From: Tubiluchus corallicola
Taxonomy: Eukaryota; Animalia; Priapulida
Reading direction: 5' to 3'
DNA: 64,000 nucleotides
Assembly (NCBI GenBank): GCA_030141605.1
Contig: JAQGDQ010000920.1
Coordinates: forward strand, 16,441 to 80,440
A program made the translations under genes and the position numbers. Positions 12,420 through 23,960 of the stretch are shown one piece after another. The number at the start of each line of letters is the position of its first letter. Positions within the stretch are counted from its first letter, which is position 1. The notes below the pieces were generated by a model. That model saw only the letters and a program-made list of their open reading frames with translations. It did not search any database and had not been told where the DNA came from.

Positions 12420-13289
12420 ATGGATATGGAGCCGCCGCTGCTTTATTACAAATGTACAGCGTGTGCTGAGTGCTTTCTGACGGAGGAAATATTCTTTGCT
12501 CATACTCGTACCTGGCATTGTAAAATTTTAGTGTGTGAAGGTCAAAATCCTGTTGTTGACACTATGTACATGTCTGAAAATGGTCATTTGTCAGCAATGA
12601 ACCACTGTGAAACACAGGAGTCTGTAAGTCATGCTGACTACAATATCACCATAAAAGAAGAGACTGATGACTTCAGCAATATTGTAAAAGATGAATATGA
12701 AAACGAAGATTGCGCGAAACGCGACGCTGATGATGGCAGCGATGACGTTGTAGTAGTAACACCTTCCTTCATTCCACCTGCTTCGTTTACTTCCGGTCAT
12801 TTGTCAGGAAGTGCACTGGTACCTTTAGCAGGTTGCAGCCGGGAAGCTGAGGAAGACAGTGTGGAAAAGAACCACGGTCAAGCGGAGATTGAACAGGACA
12901 TTAATTTTCCCGAGCAAGGGTTTTTGTCCAAGTGGCTACTGATGCAGCAGAATTCGAATAGTACCAGTTTTCTCTGCAGAAGTGGTCAACAAACTCGCAA
13001 GCAAAGGTTTTATAAGAAACCTGCAGTAAAACGGCGTATTAACAAGCCATTAAGATCAGCCAGCAACTCAACACCAGGAACACTTGGGCTGGTGAGTGTT
13101 AGTAATCAGAGACTGTGGCAGTGCAATACGTGCTTTTATCACACGAAAAGTAAACCTGATTTGATAAAACATGTGCGGTTGCATACGGGTGAAAAACCAT
13201 TCTCCTGTCCATTTCCAAGCTGTGAAAGAAGATTTAGTGATAAAAGCAACCGCAATAAACACGTTAAATCGCACACGCCCAAATACTGA
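12420..13289 (+). CDS. C2H2 zinc-finger protein, paralog 4 (N-terminal finger + two C-terminal C2H2 fingers)
   Basis: 289-aa ATG ORF. Motifs YKCTACAECFLTEEIFFAHTRTWHCKILV, CNTC..KHVRLH-TGEKPF-SCPFPSC..KHVKSH, IKEE/VKDE. Acceptor tttatttcag ending 12388. Confidence 0.9.
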   Translation: MDMEPPLLYYKCTACAECFLTEEIFFAHTRTWHCKILVCEGQNPVVDTMYMSENGHLSAMNHCETQESVSHADYNITIKEETDDFSNIVKDEYENEDCAKRDADDGSDDVVVVTPSFIPPASFTSGHLSGSALVPLAGCSREAEEDSVEKNHGQAEIEQDINFPEQGFLSKWLLMQQNSNSTSFLCRSGQQTRKQRFYKKPAVKRRINKPLRSASNSTPGTLGLVSVSNQRLWQCNTCFYHTKSKPDLIKHVRLHTGEKPFSCPFPSCERRFSDKSNRNKHVKSHTPKY

Positions 13290-13617
13290 TTGCAGACATG
13301 TAGTTCTTGATCTCGAAAAGGCTTCAGACAGCAGGCTACTTGTAGTAAAGACTTGTAAAATAAGAATGAACTAAAATGCAGAAAAACAGTGAAATGTAAC
13401 CGCATTTAGATTTAAGAAAACTAATGAAAGTGTTGAGTATAAGATTACTATAATATATGGGTATTTAGCTGGCTTAGATTGAGTGCTGAGCTTTATTCTG
13501 TGCACCGTTTATGTTTCAAATGCTGTGTATGTAATAGAAATGAAAATTTATGGTCATTTGCACATTGCATTGAGAAACAATGTTGGATAATTTCTTGGAG
13601 TTCTAGTGTTGTTTTAA

Positions 13618-14062
13618 AGGACAAGAAAGGCCTAGTTAAAGAAAGTCAGAAAATTTTCGCTAAAGAATTATAACGGTTAGGGGCAATCTTAAGCGTTTAT
13701 CATACTCACGTTAAAAGAATTTTCTGTTTGTTTTCATTTTAAATGCTCCCGCGAGACTGTCACGGCGGCGCCATATTAGATGGCGTCACAGAACCACAAC
13801 ACAAATCTTTATAGTACACGTGCTCAGAACTCACTGCGACTATGTTCTAGTGATGTCATGCCACGTCACATGCTGGCTTTTCAATTGGCGGACTAAATGA
13901 AACATGTCTGCGCCAACGTTTACTGCAGCGGTTGAAATATTTTACAAAAATTGGAGTAAATGCGAAAACTAGAGTATTTTATTCGCTTAAGAGTACTGAA
14001 GTGATATAATTTTTTATTGCGAGTTTTCTGAGGCTTACTTTGGTTGGCCATTTTCTTGTCTT
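13618..14062. mobile_element. Kolobok-like MITE
   Basis: TTAA|AGGACAAGAAAGGCC ... GGCCATTTTCTTGTCTT|TTGA: imperfect TIRs with a degenerate TTAA. Confidence 0.5.
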
Positions 14063-14999
14063 TTGAATTTATAATTTAGGTATGCTGTGATTACTTCCCA
14101 TTCTTCTTTTCTTTTATGTCGGTGGTCATTGTTGCGCTGTAGATTGACAGAGCAAACTGAGTGCGCACTAATGCTTTATAGATATGAAACAGCGCATTAA
14201 GCAGGCGTTAATTGTTCGGGCTTTAATTTCTGTACGCCGCGTAGCTAGTGGTTAAAAAAGTTCGTTTTAGTGTTGTCTGTAACTTTGTATAAATTATAAT
14301 GCAAGTGTTGTCCACTATTACAGGAAGCTACAATCTTAGTACATTTTTTGCCTTTAGAATTTTTTTGTTTATGGGCTTCTTGTGAGGCGAAGAAATAAAA
14401 AGAAAAAATTGAGAATATTTATAGTGACAGAAGTTTAGCGATGCCGAGCCTTGCCAATAAATGAATAGGTGACCGTTATGAGTACTTATTCTCTATTAGT
14501 TCTGGTTATTTCTCCAGTTAAGATGTATTCACATTCGGACATTGCTAAGACACTTCGCCATGTGCTGGTCTATGTTATATAATAGGTTGATCTCAGATGA
14601 CGTCACACTCACGTGACTCAGTAGTTTCGTCTCTCTTCACTTTTGTTTTATGCCGTAACAATGTATTTCATTTTTCTCTTATTTAACAAAGTTTTATCAG
14701 TACATACTTCATCCTGTTATGTGTCATCTTCATCCGTAATATAAGAATCTAGTATTTCATCTTACCACAACAGTGCACATTTAGTAGGCCGTACCATTAG
14801 TGCTTTTTGGGTTTTCGCTCATTGAAGCATAATGAACTTGGAATACCATGAAATAGACAAATTTTTTTAAAGTTGGAGTTCGAACCAAATATATCATGTT
14901 ATCTGACTGATTCGTGTCATTTCTTTGATCTTGTTTGAAACATGTGAATTTTGTTACTTCTTTCGGATATTTCAACAGAACCTTAATGGAAATAGCAAT

Positions 15000-15900
15000 T
15001 GGTTTCTATTTTTTGTTTGTTTGCCTGTTTGTTTCACTATTCACTTCGTTGTACCTTTATTTGCTTAACTAGCAGGCGGGCAGTTCAACTAGCAGGATGG
15101 TTAGCAGATAGTTTGGTTAGCCGTTTATACTTCATACTGATTATGCATGACTGGTTTATGCCCGATATATTGACTCATTCGGTTTTTAGTAGATCATTGG
15201 TTTGCTGGTTTATAGGTTGTGTGCTTGGTGTTGACTAGCTGATTGTTTGGTGTCTTGGTTGTTTTGTTGGCTGGTTGACTAGTTGGTTTGTAGGTTGGAT
15301 GGCTGACTGACTGACTGACTAATTTATTTTTTGGCTTCACGATTGTTTGTGCAATGTTGGCTGATTGTATGGCTAGCTGGTTAATTAAATATTGGCTATC
15401 AGGTTGACTATATAGTTGATTAGTTGCATATTATTTATCCCTATCAGCACTGACTAGGTTATTAGGTGGATGGCTTCCTGAATGGTTGGTTGGTTAAACT
15501 TAGTTATTAGTCCTCAGACTACAATGTTTTTATTGTTGATGTTTGGTTGAGTGTTTAGACAGGAATTTGTGGGGGGGGGTAGTTGTGTGTAATTGCTTGT
15601 TCATGTTGATTGTCTGCAACAACTGTAAAGTCGGTCATTTGGTCAGTTGGTTGTTTTTTTTGTTGATGTTTGGTTAAGTGTTTAGACGGGAGTTGCTTGG
15701 GTGGGTGGTTGTGTATAATTGGTTGTTCATGTTGATTGTCTGCAACAACTGCAAAGTCGGTCAATTGGTCAGTTGGTTGTAAAGTTGAGGTGTTCGTCCA
15801 CTTTACAGCTGCTTTTTTGGAGCTTTGCCATTTAAATAGCTAGTTGCTGATTTGCTAAATGATCGAGCGAATTGGCTCATTTTGCTTGGTTGGTTAGTTG
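15000..15900. repeat. G/T-rich low-complexity region (ggtt/gctg/gact motifs) including a ~127-bp tandem duplication at ~15533-15780
   Basis: Strong strand-biased GT content. ttgttgatgtttggtt...ggtcagttggttgt occurs twice. Confidence 0.7.
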
Positions 15901-18139
15901 TTTTAACTTTCTTGTCTTTTCTTTAAAAGCATTTTCTAATCTCTGACTAAGTTAGTGTAATATCACTACAGCAGCTGAATCATGTTAATTATAAAGTCGG
16001 TCGCTGTCGTGTTTTCCTGTGCAACATTCTTATTAACCGTGCAGGTAGCTCGGTAATCAGTAATGCTGTTTCTATGAGAAGCTGTGGGAAGAGGTTGCTT
16101 TCTCACTGTAGTCACGTGATTCATTCGAATCGATACCGACATGCTTCTTATCGATTTCAGGCTATTCCTCACCACATTTTCAGTGTCTTGCTGTTATTAA
16201 TTGTGACTCACATACGTATGCGAAATGTTAGTTATTTAGTGCTTTGAAATTGAAGTTAATTGCTTGCCGGAGGTAGATGTAGTGCAAAAACGTAACATTC
16301 AGTCTGAGTACTTTCACTCATTAATGACGGTAAGCCCGCTAATTAAGCCGGTATATTGTTACTTCTATGCTGATCTAATGAGTTGTTATTCAGCAAAGAT
16401 GATTTATATGTATGTATTTATGGCGCGTAAAACCAGAAATGTTTTTATCTGAATGCATCGAAAGTATGCTTGCCAGTTTTGGAGCTTTCATCGATATCGA
16501 CACACACTATGGGCTTAGTTATACAAAATTTAAATTACTATAATATATAGTACCAAGTGTAACAGATTGTACAAAGAAACTTTTAACAACTGGCGTACAG
16601 TTTTTATATTTAGGTTTCTCCGTGGATATAATCAATTTGTTCAGCATGCGTCATCGTTTTTCACAATTTTTTATTACTCGATTTTCTGAAAGCGTTAGTG
16701 GCGTATTACTGTACTAGGTACGATAATTAGCATTAATTAGCATGTTAATGGCAGCACGGTTTCTTATGCGTATGGTTTATGACTGCATGTTACAGACCAC
16801 TCCTGTTTTTTGTGTATCAATGATGTAATGATGTCTTAACTTAACTGACAGTTAAATTTGTAATTCTGCAGACTTGAAACGATTTAGTGACTGTAATGCA
16901 ATGCAATCCATATTAACACAAATTTTATTCTTAATTACAATTACAGTGACAGCAAAAAGCATAACGTTTCAAATTGAGTAATGCTATCATTTTTCTTGAG
17001 ATGCAAGAATAAGAAAGAAGGGCTGTGGGAGGAATGCATGAAATTACTAATTTTTAGGGAGCTTTTTTATATTAGGTCTACTAATTAGCACGCAAAGACA
17101 ATATTCACATTTAAAAAAAGGATACACTCACTTAGAAAAACACACACATCAAATAAGAACTTAATTGTATCTCACTTTATCAGGTACTGCAGTAGTGGTC
17201 AGTACTTGCCAGTAATTTCTTATTTAATCTTGATGTGTCTTTTCATGCAACTCTACTTTTTTGTGTGTGTTTTCTTGGTGTTGTGGGATTACTCCATTAA
17301 TTGGCACTAATCTTGTCACTATAAGAATTGAGTTTGCACTATTCAACTTTAATTTTACACATACAATATTAAGCCGTGAGTACCATGTGGTACACGTATC
17401 ACATTGGAACAGATCAGTAGAAATTAATACCCATGCAGTGTATATGCGAAGCTCGCTGAGGAAAATCTCTCATTTAGTTGGAAGCCACAGTCACCCAGTT
17501 TCTTTAAAGGACAAAAATTTGAACTAGCTAAAGTTGGAATTTCTATGTGATTTGCTACCAATGATTATTATTGACGTGATCAATGGGAAAAAGCAAGAAT
17601 TAATGCCAGATATCTTGACTTGTGGCTCCATAATGAAGTTGTACTTCAGTCAACCTGGCCGGTTTTAGTGCTTATTCAATGCAGCCTTCAAATTTCATGG
17701 TCCATCTAGAGTTCTTATTTACAATGCAGTAGTGTCATATTTTGAAGCTCAGTTAAAACCTGCAAAGTGATAAAATTTAGAGAAATTATTGGGCTCACCG
17801 TAGAGGTGTAAGAGGTGTAGAGGTGACAGGATACAGTTTTCTTTTTTGGCTTGCTCCTTTATGATGTGGATATATAGGAACCTGATAGAAATATTAGAAT
17901 AGCCGCTGCAAATCGCCATAAACCCACAATTAGCTGACAAGCCTGGTTCAAATAATACAGAAAAACACCAAATAAAACGGTATATGTGAATACAATTATG
18001 TACGTTAGTAATATTATTAAAATATATAATTATTTTACTTTATATTGCAGAATTTCCTCAATTTGCCCCAAAAATTATGTCTGAGCGAGTTAAGTGTAGT
18101 TCGTGCAAAAAAATTAAAGATGAATGCTTCCAAAGCTGA

Positions 18140-18797
18140 AGGTTTCCCGTCGTGCTTAATTGCGTTTGTTTACAAACACTGCGTGTTTTCTCACTTTCTA
18201 ATTTCAGCTTTCTGCACAAAATGTGTTAGGTGTAATGGTTAACCGGTCTGCCAGACTTAATTAGTAGGCCTACTTTTCTCTCTGTCCTGTGCTAGGAATT
18301 ATAATTTTGAAACTTTTACGTTCTGTAGACTAATTAGGCGCTATTACACTTTCGCACCGCCTAGCTTTTCCTGGCCTATTGGTTGTTTTCACGCCAGAAA
18401 GCAGACCAACAGGCGTAATATACACCATATTCCCATAATATTATTGCTGCGTACGCTTTATAAGTCCAGGTTTCCCGTCGTGCTTAATTGCGTTTGTTTA
18501 CAAACACTGCGTGTTTTCTCACTTTCTAATTTCAGCTTTCTGCACAAAATGTGTTAGGTGTAATGGTTAACCGGTCTGCCAGACTTAATTAGTAGGCCTA
18601 CTTTTCTCTCTGTCCTGTGCTAGGAATTATAATTTTGAAACTTTTACGTTCTGTAGACTAATTAGGCGCTATTACACTTTCGCACCGCCTAGCTTTTCCT
18701 GGCCTATTGGTTGTTTTCACGCCAGAAAGCAGACCAACAGGCGTAATATACACCATATTCCCATAATATTATTGCTGCGTACGCTTTATAAGTCCAG
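18140..18797. repeat. Perfect 328-bp tandem duplication
   Basis: aggtttcccgtcgtgc...ataagtccag at 18140 and again at 18468, with AG microhomology at the junction. Confidence 0.9.
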
Positions 18798-19375
18798 ATT
18801 AAAATCATGCATTACTTACTTACAGCCGCCATTAAAAGCTGCACGTGAATAACCGTGTTTACATCACTGATGCGCAATCGCTCTCGCGCAGTGACGTGTG
18901 TGGCACTTAACCTGTATTTTTAGTTTCTTCACATAATTTATGATTATTAGGGTTGCAGCTACGAGAGTTTGTATCGTATCGCGGGTGGGCCTGGAACGGA
19001 ACAGTTATTTATCATAAATTTTATTTATTACTGTAGTATTATTACTATTAGATTATAAAAAAGTAAAGGTTTTTTCTTTATTTCGTAAATGCGGTGAAGA
19101 TGAAAGTGTGTCACGTGCCTTTAAGCTAGGCCCTGATAATGCATAAACTAGTACGAAATTCGTCACGTGACCACACACACAAACAAGATGGCGATACTGT
19201 GTCGAACTGTGAATACAGCGTAATTATTGTTAATTATGCCTAAATAAGATTAAATTACAATTAGATTAGCGGAAACATTCACTGATGACGTAAGAATAAT
19301 AGAATGATGACTTACGAGCCTAAAAACGAGTAATAACCTATAAAAAGCTAGGCGGTGCGAAAGTGTAATAGCCCC
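18665..19375. mobile_element. MITE with ~33-bp TIRs and 9-bp TSD (Mutator/Merlin-like)
   Basis: ggcgctattacactttcgcaccgcctagctttt / aaaagctaggcggtgcgaaagtgtaatagcccc. TSD gactaatta at 18656-18664 and 19376-19384. Confidence 0.8.
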
Positions 19376-22004
19376 GACTAATTAAGTCTGTAGACTATGC
19401 TAGACTAATTCAATTGCTGACCAAACTACATACTACAGTGTACTAACTTATTCATGATTACTGGAGGAAAATTTTCGGCTAAAATTGTCTGATTCATATT
19501 CAATGTGTGTAATAATACACGAAGACCAGAGTGTAAAAATACAAATGTATCAGAAGATTTGTATCTAAAAAAAAGTAAGACGTGGCATGATTGAGTGTGC
19601 TGTTAAGAGCATCAGCACCCCTGGACTATATCTAACTTTGGTGGCTAATTCAGTGGTGAAATAAATAATATTAACGTTTAACAATAATTATTGGTATTTT
19701 GGCAAAAACAAATCCTTGTTTAGCTTTTCAAGGCCACGTAATTTCATATTATATTGTTTTGTTTACTTGGTTACAAAAAAGCAGAATCATATGCACATAA
19801 TACAAATTATAAGAAAGATTTGACTTTCGAAATCAGACAGGCTTATGGGTATGATAAATGTCTTCAAGTCTGATTTGGCTAAATTTTACAGTGGCAGCCA
19901 ATACCCGTATACTTGAAATAGATCTGCATGAGTTTTGAACTGCTCACTACCCGGGTGAGTTCATGAAATCTACTGACTGAACTATTTTAAATAGTTTTTT
20001 CAAAATATTCTGTAAAAAGTTTCTGGCATTTCTTCATTATGAACTGACAGCTCCATGATGCCCTGGAATCACATTGTTGAAGTAACCGAACCTGATATTT
20101 GAAGTGATTTAAAGTTAAGCAAGGGCATACGTTCACTTATTCAGCTGTGTGGTGTGTCAGCTGCAGAACAATATTTCCTAGTCGGTGCTTTGCTACTGTC
20201 TTACAAAAGAATGTATTACAAAATTGTAAAAAAATATTTTATTCTTCCTGGTTGAGCTTTACCACTAAGTTGACTGCCACACATCCCATTTATGGCTATT
20301 GCATAATTCCACAAAGTGCACTTGCAATCTTTCATGTTTCTGCCTTTTAATGCTTTATTCATTGCACTGCATCTTCGATTAAATGTGATTGATGAGTACC
20401 GCTTTAGCTAATATAATGAAACAACGTTCCCAAGCGGGTGGAAGGAAATTTTTTCAGCTAAAGTTATGTTTACAAGCTAGCTGTCTATTAGGTATGTAGT
20501 AGGTAGTTTTTTTAACTAATTACAAAGTTACAGAAAGTAAACTCCCATTGTAATGGAAGGGCAGAGGAGTTTGTAATCACGGATAGACCATAATAAAAAT
20601 TAATGAGGTGATACAAAAAGTACAGTATGATGACACGTCTTAATTGAAAGAAGCAGTGAGTACATGCAAACCATTCATGTGTGTGTGGAAAAATACCACG
20701 ACATGCTGACTTGTGGCACTGGTATACTCAGTGTGTCATCCACCGATCTGCTGCTGCAACATCAGTTTGGAAAGCATACTTGTTTGGTATAGCCAGAATG
20801 TTTAGACCAATGGTGACTCGTAGCTAAAATTAAATGGGCATGCTGCTACAGAAAATGTTTAGCCATTGCTTTAATACTGTGTAAAACAAAACAAAACAAC
20901 ACACACGCATATATATAATTTTAATGTTGTAATTGTAATTTAAACATACAAAAATTAATAGTAAAGTTGATAAAATCCTAAACACAAAAATATTTTTTGC
21001 TTACTAATGGCCTAAATTATCGCAGTTCAAGCTTGATCCATTCACGGTAAGCACGTGACAAGCGACAATAAACTGTGTGAGTGACAGTACTTTCTCTACC
21101 TGGCCTCAGATATGTGCGCATGGCCGCATGCGTATGATAGACAAACACTGCATTCTTGGAGAGCACTGTGCTGGGCTGTGAAGCAGACGTTACTAACCTC
21201 ATGTGCTCTGGTTCTGTATAAATATAAAGAAGGAACCAAAGAAAAAAGATTTATTATATTGAATATTATCGATAATATCGAGTGAAAATAGGGGGTGCTG
21301 CGGTTTCACAATACCTATACACGAGCTGCCACTGGCTTAGACGACATTCGGTTACAGTAGTTTAACAGAAATAGTCAGTTATTTCCATCGTAATTGGATC
21401 TGCTGTAACGAATGTTTACAGTACTAGGATAACATTCTGTTAATTGTCTGTTGTCTTATTGGTTTTGCTTTTATCTCATTTTCGTCTTTTATCGGTTAAA
21501 TTTTATTGTCCTATTTACTAAATTACCATTTATCTTGCTTCGGCTTATGCATTTTATTCTATTTTAGCAATTTCTGAAGTATTATTTCTCTATTTCTCCA
21601 TCTCTATTTAAAATGTTTCTGAAAATTGTGTCATCTACCTAGAGTAAGTCAATTGTACTTTCTTTAGCTCACACATACGAAAATCTCTTACTTCTAGTCT
21701 TTTAGTACAGCAAATGATTTTTTTTCAAAATGGCAGCCGCAGAAACTTGCCAGCTAGCTGGGCTTTGTTTTTTTTTTGATGTATTGTCTAGTTTAAAAAA
21801 TGGTGTGTAATGATTGGAGTTTGAAGCTTTACTCGGCTTGAGAAATCAGATAAACTGATTTGAATAAAATATCGTGTTTTTCGTGTTTTTTGAAATTTTC
21901 GAGCTTTACGTTAACTATCTGAAATGTATTATTGCTAATGTGCCAAGAATATTTCGGTTGTTAACCGTTAATGTGTTTCGTTAATTTCGTTAATAGTAGT
22001 AATT

Positions 22005-22830
22005 TTCTGCTGTTTACGATCTGTGTTTAATTGCTCCCTGTTCACAGTCACTACAAAAATTGCTTGATTACTGCGAAGAATATGCTAAACATAATGATAT
22101 TGTAATTAATGCTTTGAATAGAACAACTGCTTATTTTATTCCTAATGCATTTAAGAATGTCAGCTTTGCTAATGTAACTTTGCAATGAGAAGCGATTAAA
22201 CTCGAACATGAAGTAAAATATTTTGGTCACATAATTAAAGATAATTGTAAAGACGATGCTGATATTTTAAATCAATTGCAACTTTTTTATATTAGATTTA
22301 TATATTCTTTGCAGAAATTTTAGTTTTTGCTCGGCTGATGTCAAACATGTTCTGTTTAAATCATATTGTTGAACTTTTTACTGTTCTAAGATCTGGATCA
22401 CTTTTAATGTTGGCACTATTAGGAAATTAAGCGGCCTACTATTATGCATTGACGAAGTTTTTTGCTTACCGTAGGGGCACCACAGCATTGAGAAGATGTG
22501 TCGAAAATGGCTGTAATCATTTTAAAGTCATTTTACGCAAATTACTTTTAGTCTTCGTCAACAAGTTTTAAATTCAAGCAATGAAATCATACGCAGTTTT
22601 ATTCATAATTCTGATGTCATTTTAACTTTGAATATATTTTCCCATCGGGAATATACACATACTAACTTTTTTTTACATATTTAGCTTGCTAATCCTCTCT
22701 TCTTTGTGTAAATATTTCTTTTATTTGTCTTGTAGTCATATTTTTAATCCTAATTTTTAACTAGGCTTTGTTTATCGTTCTATGGCACTTTTTATTTACT
22801 GAAATAAATGTAAAATAAAAAATAATAAAA
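22005..22830 (+). mobile_element. Degenerate LINE ORF2 (RT C-terminal half) and 3' tail
   Basis: Translates DLCLIAPCSQSLQKLLDYCEEYAKHNDIVIN..EVKYFGHII..LFKSYC..FYCSKIW with stops and frameshifts. Ends in an AATAAA/A-rich tail. Confidence 0.7.
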
Positions 22831-23863
22831 TAAATATAAACAGTGCTGACTGTAGTGACTCTAACGTATTATCTCAGCTGTCTGCATGCTTGCATTGTCG
22901 GCTCAGGCATACTGGCAGCCTTACTTGGGTACACATTTGACATATTTGCATATATAGTGCTTTACATTATTAAATACTGGGCAGAACTATATTGTTATGA
23001 GCGAGTTGTTTAACAAATTACCGTCGTCTGCAATGTTCGTACAGTTGTTGCTGTGCCACTATATTGTTCCCCTATTGCTAGCAAATCAATATTCCAATAC
23101 ACTATGCAGCTTTGCTATATTAACTTGCCTGTGTCACTGGCGGAGAAACCTTGGATGTGAACACAGCCACTACATTAATTGCTCGTTGCTGAATCTAATC
23201 TGATGTGCATGGCTGCATCCAAGTGCAACTACTTTTCTATGGTAGCAAGCTTTAATAATAACAAGTCGTGCTAGTTGAACGATGGTCTACTTGCAAATTT
23301 GCCGACAGTGTTACCGAGTAATACATTCTACAGGCGGTGCATTCGTAACAGGTATATTCCAAGAGATTGTGGGTTGGCAGGTGAATTTGAAAGAAGAAGA
23401 AGAAGGCTGGATTTTATGCCTGAGTTGGATGGATTAAAAAATGTTAAAGAAAGAGTCGTGTTCCTGTTGAAAAACATGAATTAAAACCATTAATTGCAGC
23501 CAAAAGCTGGTGCCTCGTTAAAACCTATTATTAGATTCTAGTAGTTTAGTGTTTTATTATGTTACACGTTAGTGATTCATACTTCTTATGCTAGGCCTCT
23601 TTCTTTTTGCAAGTTGAACAAACTGTTTTTTTAAATCTAACATTATAGCGTAGAAAATACAGTTTTTATCATGCGGCAAAATTTTTCTTGTTTACAAATC
23701 AGTGTCAGCGATTTTCCCTATCGGACTTGCTAAATTTTTCAATAGCTTGTTTAGTAATGGCCGTTTTATGTTCGTTTCAGAGAGACATGACTTGGAAAAC
23801 GAAAAATACCATTTAGTCGCAATATTATAAATCTTGAAGCCGGGTTCTATTAAAGGGGCAGTC

Positions 23864-23960
23864 ATGTTTGAGGGCGTGGTAGCTAGTCTGTTAAACAAGT
23901 ACCTTGGAAAGTATGTGCAGAACTTAGATGCAGAAAATCTAAACATCGGCATCTTTGGTG
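23864..23960 (+). CDS. VPS13: VPS13 exon 1
   Basis: MFEGVVASLLNKYLGKYV..IFG, donor gtacgt, phase 1. Confidence 0.95.

Noticed and set aside
14236-14275. tRNA or tRNA-SINE head (gccgcgtagctagtggttaa)
   Set aside because: A-box-like only, with no B box or cloverleaf.
20455-20560. Possible fourth, very diverged copy of the telomere-core element (gctaaagtt..tttacaa..gtaaactccc..taat)
   Set aside because: Similarity is too patchy to call by eye and there is no TTAGGG core.
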